A DNA stretch of 64,000 nucleotides from Verrucomicrobiaceae bacterium (GTDB lineage: Bacteria > Verrucomicrobiota > Verrucomicrobiia > Verrucomicrobiales > Akkermansiaceae), in NCBI GenBank assembly GCA_051252135.1, contig JBPOGH010000005.1:160001-224000 (forward strand), given 5' to 3'. Each line of letters starts with the position of its first letter. Positions within the stretch are counted from its first letter, which is position 1. Both the position numbers and the translations under genes were made by a program. Below the pieces are notes generated by a model. It ran no database searches. It had not been told where the DNA came from and saw only the letters and a program-made list of their open reading frames with translations. Shown one piece after another: positions 39,807-48,988 of this stretch.

Positions 39807-39850
39807 TAAGCTCCCCCCGGCTTGCCCGGGGGGAGCTTATGGCGTACGCA

Positions 39851-40240
39851 GTGGAAATGAGAACCAAGGGGAGCCTCAGCGACCCTGTTCGAGCGCTCCT
39901 ATCAGCGAACGCAGTGAGCTGATAAAATCCCCCCCAGGCCAAAGGCCTCAAATCAGCACAGACTGAGCGAAGCGAAGTCAATCCCACTTCCTCCGCAAGT
40001 GGAGATGAGAACCAAGGGGAGCCCAAGCCACCCCATTCAAGCACTCCAAATCCCCCCCGGCCGAAAAACCCCAAATCAGCACAGACAGACATCAGCAAAG
40101 TCAATCCCACTTCCTCCACAAGCCGGGGATGAAAACCACAAGGAGCCCAAGCCACCCCATTCAAGCACTCCCAAATCCCCCCGGCCCAAAACCTCAAATC
40201 AGCACAAACAGACCTCAGCGAAGTCAATCCCACTTCCTCC
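39851..40240 (+). repeat. Three degenerate tandem repeats, each ending in a copy of the tRNA-Ser 3' end
   Basis: AATCCCACTTCCTCC recurs at 39980, 40103 and 40226 (123-bp period) and at 39788 inside the tRNA. Confidence 0.85.
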
Positions 40241-40315
40241 CTTTCAGAAAATGTAACTACATTGTCTCTCCAGCTTGTAATCTCATCCCTAATGACTAGG
40301 TTTGAGAGACACACG

Positions 40316-43300
40316 ATGACGAAACTTCTCTCACTCCTTGCGCTGATTCCCGGAATCCTCTGCGCCAATTCAACCGACTCCCTGGTCTCTTACTGGGCCC
40401 TCGAAGACAACCTCAACGACACCGCCGCCGCTGGCTCCAGCACCGACAACGGCTCCTGGATCGGCGCAGCCGACTACGATCCCGGTAAATTCGGCCAAGC
40501 CATCGAAGCAAAAGGAAACACCTACGTCTCCGTCCCCGATAGCGCCGACCTCCGTGGCAGCTCCAGCACCATCAGCATCTCTACTTGGTTCCGCGTCGTC
40601 ACCTTCGACACCAACTGGCAGGCCCTGATCGCCAAAGGCGAGAACTCCAATTGGCGACTCGCACGCCGCGGCAGCACTTCCGAAATGGCCTACGCCGGTG
40701 GCTCGGGAGATATCAGTGGTGGCAGCGTTAACGACGGCGCATGGCACCACATTCTCGGAGTCTCGGAAGCCGGTATCGAAACCCGCCTGTACATCGATGG
40801 CGTCCTCATCGAAACCGGCAGCGCGCCCAATATCAACGACTCCGGCAGCGAAATGTTCATCGGAAACAACCCCGGGAGCCCGGGGCGCGGATGGAAGGGC
40901 CTCATCGACGACGTCGGAATCTTCAACTCCGCCCTCAACGATCACCAGGCTGCTGCCATCTACGAACTCGGAAACAACTCCACCTACCTCTACTCACTCG
41001 ACCAAATCAACGAGCTTTTCAAATTGGGACAATGCCCCGCCGGAACCACCGCCCTCATCAACAACCAGGGCTGGGAAGCCGTCTCCGCCGATCCCAATGA
41101 CGGCAGATTCTACGTCCAACTCGCCGATACCGGCTCCGGCGTTGTCGGCTCCAATGGTCCCACCATCAACTTCTTCACCACCCCTCACACCTCCGTTCCT
41201 GCCGGCACCCCCCTCACTTTCACTTGGGATGTCGACCCCTCGGCCACCCTCCTCATCCTCGCCCCCGGCGTCGGAAATGTCACCGGAACAACATCCTACA
41301 CCTTCGATCCCGGCCCTTCAGTGGATACCGAATACAAACTCAGCGCCGTCGGCCCCACCGGCACCAACACCCGGATTGTCAACGTCACTGTCACCGATCA
41401 GCCGATCATCGAACAATTCAATGCCACCCCTCCTCTCCTCAGCGCAGGGGAAAGCACCACTCTCGAATGGCAGACCTATAACACCACTTCGGCCACACTC
41501 GACGGAACCCCGGTGGCCCTCAACGGAACCTCGGTCGTTTCCCCGTCCTCCACCACCTCCTACACCCTTGCCGTTACCAATGCCAACGGATCGACCACCA
41601 AAACCATCACCGTTCCCGTCGTCATCCCCGGAGAACCGATCATCACCGAATTTCTGGCCGGAAACAACGGAACCCTCCTCGATGAGGATGGCGATGCCAG
41701 CGACTGGATCCAACTCACCAACGAAACCACCACCACCACCACCATCAATGGAAACTACTTCCTCACCGATGATCCTGCCGATCTCCAAAAGTGGACCATT
41801 CCCAACCAAACCATCGCTCCCGGCGCCTCGGTTCGCTATTTCGCCACCGGAAAAATCGGCACCACCGAGCCCCACGCCAATTTCAGCCTAAAAACCGAGG
41901 GTGAATACCTGGCCCTGGTGAAAGTCGATGGCGGCATCACCACCATCCTTAGCGAGTTCAACGATTACCCGAACCAGTTTCTCGATATCTCTTACGGCAT
42001 CTTCCCCGACCTCCTCACCTACGGATACTTCGCCACCCCCACTCCCAATGGCCCTAACACCGGAGTAACCTATCTCGACTACGTCCGGGACACCTCCTTC
42101 TCCGTCAATCGTGGATTCTACACCTCCACCCAAAGTGTCGCCATCACCTCTTCCACCACCGACGCGGAAATCTACTACACCACCGACGGCTCGGAACCCT
42201 CCGCCACCAATGGAACCCTCTACACCGCCCCCATTTCCATCGCCACCACCACCACCCTCCGGGCCATCGGCACCAAGACCGATTTCCTCCCCACAAACAT
42301 CGACACCCACACTTATATCTTCACCGCCGATGTCGTGAGCCAACCTACCAATCCCCCGGGCTGGCCCACCGGCTCCGTCAACGGACAAATCATGGACTAC
42401 GCCATGGACCCCGGTTCGGCCGTGAGCTCAAGCGAAGCGGAAATCATCGAAGCCCTCGAAAGCATCCCCACCTGGTCCATTGTCACCGATCAGGGAAACC
42501 TCACCGATCCCGCCACCGGCATCTACGTGCGCCCCGGCAACCGGGGCATCGCCTGGGAACGCCCCGCTTCGCTCGAAATGATCCTTCCTCCCGGCTATGT
42601 CAGCCCGGACGGACTCACCACCGGATTCCAGTCCGACCTCGGAATCCGTATTCGTGGAGGCGCCTCACGCAGCACCAGCAACCCCAAACACGCCTTCCGC
42701 ATGTTCTTCCGCCGTGATTACGGAAACCGCAGCCTCAACTTCCCCCTCTTCGGACCATCCGGCACCGATCAATTCGGAGGCATCGATATCCGCACCGCAC
42801 AAAACTACTCCTGGTCCTTCAAATCCCCCGGAAATGTCAATGGCAACAACGACAACAGCAACAAAAACACCTTCATGCGCGAGGTCTTCGCCCGCGACAC
42901 CCAAAGGGACCTGGGCGAAACCCACACCCGCTCACGTTACATCCACCTTTATCTCAATGGCGTCTACTGGGGCCTCTTCATGACCCAGGAACGCGCCGAA
43001 GCCGAATTCGCCGAGCAATACCTCGGAGGAAACGACAACGATTACGACACCATCAAATCCGCCGGCTCAAGCGCAGGCTACAGCACCGAAGCCACCGATG
43101 GAAACAACGCCGATTGGATGGCCGGATACAATCTCGCCATCAATGTCTCCAAGGCCTCCGGGACGAACAACAGCGATTACTTCGCCATTCAGGGCTTCAA
43201 CAGCTCCGGAATCCCCGACCCCTTGGTTCCGACCCATATCGACGTCGAGAACCTCATCAAATACATTATGGTCGTCTTCTACAACGGCTCCTTCGATGCC

Positions 43301-44950
43301 CCCCTCTCAACCTTCATCGGAGCCTCCAACAACTGGTTCGCCGTCCGCAACCGGGAAACCGATGACCGCGGCTGGTCCTTCTTCGCCCATGACATGGAGC
43401 ACAGCCTGGGCTCCTATGCCACAAGCCGCCAGGACCGCACCGGCCCCTTCTGGTTTGGATCAACCGCGGATCAAGAGGGCTTCGATAAATCCAACCCCCA
43501 ATACATCCACCAATACCTCGCCAACAATCTGGAATACCGCATGAAGTTCGCCGACATCATCCATCGCGAGTTCTTCAATGACGGAGTCTACACCAATCAG
43601 GCCGTCCTCGCACGCTTCGGAGAACGTGAAGCCACCGTCGATCAGGTCATCGACGCCGAAGCGGCCCGCTGGGGAGATTCCAAAAGCTCCAGCAACCCGC
43701 TCGACCGAACCGAATGGGCCGCTGCCGTCAACCAACTCAAAAACTGGACCACCGACCGGAACCTCGAAGTCCTCGCCCAGCTGAAAATCGACGACCTCTA
43801 CCCGGACACTGAGGCTCCCGTCTTCTCCCAGCACGGCGGTCAAATCAATCCCGGATTCACCCTGATGATGAACAACACCAATGGCTCGGGAACCGTCTAC
43901 TACACCACCGACGGATCCGATCCCCGTGAAGTCGGAGGCGCAATCTCCGCCAGCGCCTCCTCGGGCAGCTCGGTCATCCTCAATTCAGCATCGCTCGTCC
44001 AGGCACGGGTCCGCATCAACTCCACCACCTGGTCCGCCCTCACCTCCGCCGAGTTCGCCACCGCCGGAGCACCCGGACCCGGCGACCTCGTCATCAGCGA
44101 AATCAACTACCACCCCTCCGATCCCACCCTCGCCGAACAAACCGCCGGATTTGCCAATGACGACGACTTCGAATTCATCGAACTCAGAAACACCTCGGCC
44201 AACCCCATCGACCTCACCGACGTCACCCTCGCAAACGAAGTCATCTTCGACTTCGCCACCATCAGCGATCCGAACGACCGCATCCTCGGCTCTGGCCAAA
44301 CCATCGTCATCGCCCGCAGAATCGATGGCTTCTCGGAACGCTACCCCGCTATCCCGGTCTTCGGACCCTGGGACGGACAACTGTCGAACAACACCGGAAC
44401 CGTCGACGTTCTGCTCAATGGCTCCACCCTCCTCTTCTCGTTGACCTACATCGATGATTCCGGATGGCCCGAATCCGCGGATGGTGATGGCTACACCCTC
44501 GTCCTCGTCGACAGCACGATGCCCAACGACCCCAATTCCTGGCGCCTGAGCAAGACCCTCCTCGGCAACCCCAACGCTTCCGATACCGAGCTCTTCACCG
44601 GCCTCCCCAATGGCGACGATAACAACAACGGCATCAATAATCTCCTCGAAGCGGTCCTCCGCGATGGCTCAGGAACTTATGTCCACCCCACCGTTGCACT
44701 CGCAACCTATGATCTCGGTGACGGCCCCAAGGAATACCTCACCCTCTCCCTTCAACGCTACCTTCCGGTCGACAATGCCGTCCTTACCGTCGAGCACGCC
44801 ACCAACCTGCTCGGCTGGACCAGTGCCGATGTCCAAAAAATCTCCTCCGTCCCTCTCGGCGACGGCACAGTCACCGAAGTCTACCGCCTCATGACTCCAA
44901 TCACCTCTGACCCCAAGGACTTCATGCGGGTCAAGGTCACCCTTAACTAA
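40316..44950 (+). CDS. Large secreted protein: LamG-like, lamin-tail, chitobiase/FN3-associated and CotH kinase-like domains
   Basis: Signal peptide; WKGLIDDVGIFN; ITEFLAGN...SDWIQL; YYTTDGSEP/YYTTDGSDP; GIRIRGGASR, LYLNGVYWGLF and HDMEHS. Confidence 0.85.
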   Translation: MTKLLSLLALIPGILCANSTDSLVSYWALEDNLNDTAAAGSSTDNGSWIGAADYDPGKFGQAIEAKGNTYVSVPDSADLRGSSSTISISTWFRVVTFDTNWQALIAKGENSNWRLARRGSTSEMAYAGGSGDISGGSVNDGAWHHILGVSEAGIETRLYIDGVLIETGSAPNINDSGSEMFIGNNPGSPGRGWKGLIDDVGIFNSALNDHQAAAIYELGNNSTYLYSLDQINELFKLGQCPAGTTALINNQGWEAVSADPNDGRFYVQLADTGSGVVGSNGPTINFFTTPHTSVPAGTPLTFTWDVDPSATLLILAPGVGNVTGTTSYTFDPGPSVDTEYKLSAVGPTGTNTRIVNVTVTDQPIIEQFNATPPLLSAGESTTLEWQTYNTTSATLDGTPVALNGTSVVSPSSTTSYTLAVTNANGSTTKTITVPVVIPGEPIITEFLAGNNGTLLDEDGDASDWIQLTNETTTTTTINGNYFLTDDPADLQKWTIPNQTIAPGASVRYFATGKIGTTEPHANFSLKTEGEYLALVKVDGGITTILSEFNDYPNQFLDISYGIFPDLLTYGYFATPTPNGPNTGVTYLDYVRDTSFSVNRGFYTSTQSVAITSSTTDAEIYYTTDGSEPSATNGTLYTAPISIATTTTLRAIGTKTDFLPTNIDTHTYIFTADVVSQPTNPPGWPTGSVNGQIMDYAMDPGSAVSSSEAEIIEALESIPTWSIVTDQGNLTDPATGIYVRPGNRGIAWERPASLEMILPPGYVSPDGLTTGFQSDLGIRIRGGASRSTSNPKHAFRMFFRRDYGNRSLNFPLFGPSGTDQFGGIDIRTAQNYSWSFKSPGNVNGNNDNSNKNTFMREVFARDTQRDLGETHTRSRYIHLYLNGVYWGLFMTQERAEAEFAEQYLGGNDNDYDTIKSAGSSAGYSTEATDGNNADWMAGYNLAINVSKASGTNNSDYFAIQGFNSSGIPDPLVPTHIDVENLIKYIMVVFYNGSFDAPLSTFIGASNNWFAVRNRETDDRGWSFFAHDMEHSLGSYATSRQDRTGPFWFGSTADQEGFDKSNPQYIHQYLANNLEYRMKFADIIHREFFNDGVYTNQAVLARFGEREATVDQVIDAEAARWGDSKSSSNPLDRTEWAAAVNQLKNWTTDRNLEVLAQLKIDDLYPDTEAPVFSQHGGQINPGFTLMMNNTNGSGTVYYTTDGSDPREVGGAISASASSGSSVILNSASLVQARVRINSTTWSALTSAEFATAGAPGPGDLVISEINYHPSDPTLAEQTAGFANDDDFEFIELRNTSANPIDLTDVTLANEVIFDFATISDPNDRILGSGQTIVIARRIDGFSERYPAIPVFGPWDGQLSNNTGTVDVLLNGSTLLFSLTYIDDSGWPESADGDGYTLVLVDSTMPNDPNSWRLSKTLLGNPNASDTELFTGLPNGDDNNNGINNLLEAVLRDGSGTYVHPTVALATYDLGDGPKEYLTLSLQRYLPVDNAVLTVEHATNLLGWTSADVQKISSVPLGDGTVTEVYRLMTPITSDPKDFMRVKVTLN

Positions 44951-45015
44951 TGCAACACAACTGCATTAGCAGTTGACTCGCCCTTCTCATAACGCAAATT
45001 ACCTGCGTTATGAGA
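44948..45015. promoter_or_regulatory. Tandem palindromic operators TAAYGCA-N7-TGCRTTA (putative Zur/Fur-family) over the metal ABC promoter
   Basis: Sites at 44948-44968 and 44990-45010 flank TTGACT (44973); the second extends to a 12-bp dyad overlapping the ATG. Confidence 0.7.
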
Positions 45016-45879
45016 TTCCTTGCTCTCTTCCTCGCCATCCTTGGCCCGCTCCAGGCCCTCGATGTTGCCAGCCTTCACCCCCTCATCACCGAGGCCGTCA
45101 AACAAGTCGGTGGTGATCGCGTTCGTATTGTCGAAATCGGCAAGCCCGGAATGGCCGTCCACAAGTTCCAGCCTCGCGCAGCCGACATTAAAAAACTCAA
45201 AAACGTCAGACTCGTCTTCGCCTCCGGCAAGGGACTGGAACCCTACCTTGGTGACCTCGGGGATTCCCTCACCGGCGGACAAACCATCATCGAGGTCGGC
45301 CGCACCATCCCTTCCCAAAAAATCTCGGCCGAAGACGAAATCTACGCCTGCTGCCCCCACCACGCGGAAGGGGGCATCGATCCCCACTGGTGGCACAACG
45401 TCCGCCACATGGAACGCGCCCTCCGCGTCATCGAACAAAAACTCGCTGCCGTCGATCCGGAGGGGGCCACCTACTACGCCGCCCGCTCCAAGACCGCACG
45501 CGCCGCCATCCGTGACCTCGATCAATGGGTCAAAACCCAAATCTCCACCATTCCCCGCGCCCGCCGTCACCTCGTCACCGCCCACGCCGCCTTCGGCTAT
45601 TTCTGCAAAGCCTACGGATTCAAGGCCACCTTCGTCCAGGGCCTCAGCGCCCAAGGGGAAGTCCCCGCCAAACAACTCGCCCTCTCCATCGCCGAACTCA
45701 AAGCAGCAGGCATCCCCACCGTCTTCCCGGAACAACAGGCCAACCCCAAAATCCTCGCCCAAATCGCCCGCGAGTCCGGCTCAAAAATCGGAGCCCCCCT
45801 CATCGCCGACGGATCGGTCGCAAGCTACCAAAAAATGATCCGCACCAATGTCACCAACATCGTGAACGGCCTCAAATAA
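45010..45879 (+). CDS. Zn/Mn ABC transporter substrate-binding protein
   Basis: HKFQP, DPHWW and TAHAAFGYF motifs. Confidence 0.9.
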   Translation: MRFLALFLAILGPLQALDVASLHPLITEAVKQVGGDRVRIVEIGKPGMAVHKFQPRAADIKKLKNVRLVFASGKGLEPYLGDLGDSLTGGQTIIEVGRTIPSQKISAEDEIYACCPHHAEGGIDPHWWHNVRHMERALRVIEQKLAAVDPEGATYYAARSKTARAAIRDLDQWVKTQISTIPRARRHLVTAHAAFGYFCKAYGFKATFVQGLSAQGEVPAKQLALSIAELKAAGIPTVFPEQQANPKILAQIARESGSKIGAPLIADGSVASYQKMIRTNVTNIVNGLK

Positions 45880-46286
45880 TGACCATCAACCCCATCCTGA
45901 GCACCCTCCTCGCGCTCCTCCCCCTGCTCGCGATGGCAGTCCCGCTCGCAAAAGTCCTCTCGCCCGATCCTGTCGAGCAGGCCCCCGTTCCAACGGAACA
46001 ACAATCATCCGCCCTCATCCGCACCGATGTCCTTATCCGCTCGGCCCACCCCTTTACCAAAGTCACCCTAAACGACGTGACCATCGGCGGAGACCAATCC
46101 GAAGCCGAACTCCAACTCGATCCAACCATCCCCCTCACCATCGATGTCGAATGGCCCCCGGGCACTCCCGAATCAGCCCTCTTCATCGAGCTCATCCCCG
46201 ATGGTCTCGAAATGAAAAACCACACCATCTGGGGAACCGAAAACGCCTTCGAAGAAGTGACATTCAACTGGAAGGAACAACCCTGA
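45879..46286 (+). CDS. Hypothetical exported or membrane-anchored protein within the metal ABC operon
   Basis: ATG overlaps the upstream TAA and its TGA overlaps the next ATG; hydrophobic N-terminus. Confidence 0.7.
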   Translation: MTINPILSTLLALLPLLAMAVPLAKVLSPDPVEQAPVPTEQQSSALIRTDVLIRSAHPFTKVTLNDVTIGGDQSEAELQLDPTIPLTIDVEWPPGTPESALFIELIPDGLEMKNHTIWGTENAFEEVTFNWKEQP

Positions 46287-47059
46287 TGGCCCACGAACAC
46301 CACCAGCTCAACCTCACCTCCGTTGCCTATTCCTACGGTGCCAAACGGGCCCTCGCAGAGGTCAATTTCTCCGCCCACTGCGGCCAGCGCCTCGCCCTTC
46401 TCGGTCCCAATGGCGCCGGCAAATCCACCCTCATCCGACTCCTCGCCGGACTCCTCAAACCTCAGGAAGGCGATATTCAATGGCGCAACGCCCCCATCGC
46501 CCAAGCCCAGCGGGAAATCGCCTACCTCCCCCAGGTCGACCACCACCAAAAAAACTTCCCCCTCCGCGTCCGCGATATCGTCGCCATGGGCCGCTTCCCC
46601 CACCTCGGACACTTCAAACGCTTCTCCTCCAAAGATCGCGACATGACCGAGCGCGCCATCGCCACCATGCAGCTCGAGCCAATCGCCGATCGCCAAATCG
46701 ACCAACTCTCCGGCGGCCAGCAACAACGCACCTACATCGCCCGCGCCCTCGCCCAGGAAGCTCACGTCCTCCTTCTCGACGAACCCTTCAACGGACTCGA
46801 TATCGAGAGCCGCTGCCACCTCTCCGCCAGCCTCATCGACCTCTCCAATACCGGCCACCTCATCATCGCCTCCCACCATCAACTCGAAAGCGTCACCGAT
46901 ATCTTCACCCACGCCCTCGTCCTCGATACCAAACAACTCACCTTCGGCGATGCCCAAACCGTCATGAAAAGTGACCAGGTCCGTGAAACCCTCCACGCCT
47001 GCCACCCCCGTCACTCCCATCCCGTGACCGACCCCACCAAAACCTCCTGCTGCTCATGA
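46286..47059 (+). CDS. Metal ABC transporter ATP-binding protein
   Basis: GPNGAGKST, LSGGQQQR and LLLDEP motifs. Confidence 0.92.
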   Translation: MAHEHHQLNLTSVAYSYGAKRALAEVNFSAHCGQRLALLGPNGAGKSTLIRLLAGLLKPQEGDIQWRNAPIAQAQREIAYLPQVDHHQKNFPLRVRDIVAMGRFPHLGHFKRFSSKDRDMTERAIATMQLEPIADRQIDQLSGGQQQRTYIARALAQEAHVLLLDEPFNGLDIESRCHLSASLIDLSNTGHLIIASHHQLESVTDIFTHALVLDTKQLTFGDAQTVMKSDQVRETLHACHPRHSHPVTDPTKTSCCS

Positions 47060-47871
47060 CCGACCTCTTCGAGCTCAGCCTCTTCCAGCGCGCCCTCGTC
47101 GCAGCCATCATCATCGGCTTCGTCAATGGCTACACCAGCGCCTTCGTCCTCCTCCACCGGAGCCCCCTGAAGCTCGCCGCCTTCAGCCACAGCCTCCTCC
47201 CCGGCGTCGCCATCGCTGCCACTCTCGCCACCCTCACCGCCATCACCGCCTTCATGGGCGCCCTCGTCGCCGCCGTCATCATCGGACTCCTCACCATCCT
47301 TCTTTCCCGAATTTCAAAAATCAACGATGAGACCGTTCTCGCCGTCCTCTACACCGGAGCCTTCGCCATCGGCATCATCGTCCTCAACAACATTGGCTCC
47401 AATCAGGAACTCGATAACTGGCTCCTCGGAAACATCATCGCCCTCTCCGATCTCGACCTCGTCATGAGCCACCTCGTTGGCCTCATCGCCATCACCTTCT
47501 TCACCCTCTTCCGTCGTGCCCTCGTCATCAACCTCTTCGATCCCGAGGTCGCCGCAAGCCTGGGCGTAAAAACCCGGACCCTCGACTACCTCAGCTTCGT
47601 CATCCTCATCCTCGTCCTCATCACCACCCTCCAGGCCGTCGGCTGCGTCCTCGCCGTTGGCCTCATCGTCACCCCTGCCGCCATCGCCCGCCCCCTCGCC
47701 TCCACCCCCGGCGCCCTCTTCCCGCTCAGCGGACTCGTCGGAGCCATCGGATGTGCCGGTGGCCTCATCACCAGCTTTCACTTCGATCTCCCGCCCGGCG
47801 CCAGCATCACCCTCGCCCTGACCACGCTGTTCCTGATCTCCGTGCTCGTTCAGGTCAAAAAACGCTCCTAG
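47056..47871 (+). CDS. Metal ABC transporter permease
   Basis: SHSLLPGVA and FDPEVAASLG motifs; multiple TMs. Confidence 0.9.
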   Translation: MTDLFELSLFQRALVAAIIIGFVNGYTSAFVLLHRSPLKLAAFSHSLLPGVAIAATLATLTAITAFMGALVAAVIIGLLTILLSRISKINDETVLAVLYTGAFAIGIIVLNNIGSNQELDNWLLGNIIALSDLDLVMSHLVGLIAITFFTLFRRALVINLFDPEVAASLGVKTRTLDYLSFVILILVLITTLQAVGCVLAVGLIVTPAAIARPLASTPGALFPLSGLVGAIGCAGGLITSFHFDLPPGASITLALTTLFLISVLVQVKKRS

Positions 47872-48016
47872 TCACCGAGCGGGACGCACTCCAATCACCT
47901 CCTATTGCTGGCGCGTTGGATGAAATTTTGAAATTATTATTAATGATGTGAATTAGGTTTTGTTGATATTCACATAAAATAAAATATAAAGATGGCCTTA
48001 ATAAACCTCTCCTTCT

Positions 48017-48988
48017 TTGTTGAGCAACCGTTTAGCCCATCTGCCCATCACGAAGTCCGGTCTTCCGGTCTCTCTTTCCGCCCTCTTTTTTGCATCGGCG
48101 GCCGACGCGCAAACTCTTCATCTCTCCTGGACTCAAGAAATCGGAAGTTCCGGAACTTCCGGCGACGGAGTCCACGTAAACAGTTTTCTCGACACCTCAA
48201 ACATCGGATCGGATGGATCCGCTAACTCCCTCCCCGTAGGAAGCTTGCTAAGCCATGGCAAGATCTTCGATGGCATCGATACCGTTGATTACGTCGTCAC
48301 CCTCGCTTCAAGCAACAACCCCCTCCAGGCTTCAGCCGAAAATAACGCCTTCGTGATCCATGGCGATAAGTCCGCCGACTTCTACTCCGCCAGCTTCGGC
48401 AGCTTTGGCCGGAATTCCGATGGCGGCACCTTCGCCGATAACGGAAACGTCGCCTTGGCCATCTCATTCTTTGAAGAGGATTCCTACAATCCCCTCACCG
48501 CTTCGGGAACCCCCACCGATTCACGCCTCGCCATCAAATCAATCAACAACCAACCCTCGGATGTCGGAGGCGCCGCCATCGGACTCCTCTCCACCGACGA
48601 ATTCTACGATGTCGACTGGATCGGCGATCTTGAGGTAGAGGAACTCTTTGATTTTAACGACCAAATCACCACAAACTCCGTCCCCGGATCAACCACTCTG
48701 GAGACCTACAGCGGATCCGTCGTCGGTAGCACAGGCGAAACAGACCCCGGAACAGGGGGCATCACCGACCCGCTCAATTCCCAACTCCGGCTTGAATTCA
48801 AAACCAGTCACGATGTCTCGGAAGCATCCTGGCAGGTCCAACTCGGCAGCTCCCAACAATACATCGTCACCCGAACCGGCGACCCCGGCAAACGCAGCGG
48901 AATCGGATTCACCGCCGTCCCCGAACCATCATCAACTCTCCTTGTGACCCTCGGAAGCACCTTCCTTCTTCGCCGTCGCCGCCGATAG
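48017..48988 (+). CDS. PEP-CTERM sorting domain protein
   Basis: C-terminal VPEPSSTLLVTLGSTFLLRRRRR; start codon uncertain (TTG). Confidence 0.85.
   Translation: MLSNRLAHLPITKSGLPVSLSALFFASAADAQTLHLSWTQEIGSSGTSGDGVHVNSFLDTSNIGSDGSANSLPVGSLLSHGKIFDGIDTVDYVVTLASSNNPLQASAENNAFVIHGDKSADFYSASFGSFGRNSDGGTFADNGNVALAISFFEEDSYNPLTASGTPTDSRLAIKSINNQPSDVGGAAIGLLSTDEFYDVDWIGDLEVEELFDFNDQITTNSVPGSTTLETYSGSVVGSTGETDPGTGGITDPLNSQLRLEFKTSHDVSEASWQVQLGSSQQYIVTRTGDPGKRSGIGFTAVPEPSSTLLVTLGSTFLLRRRRR

Noticed and set aside
39851..40240. Possible CRISPR array
   Set aside because: The whole ~123-bp units are similar to each other (no unique spacers), the conserved part is a tRNA 3' end, and there are no cas genes
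40262..44950. Genomic island or prophage integrated at tRNA-Ser
   Set aside because: No integrase or phage genes, no distal att copy noticed in the window, and composition similar to the flanks
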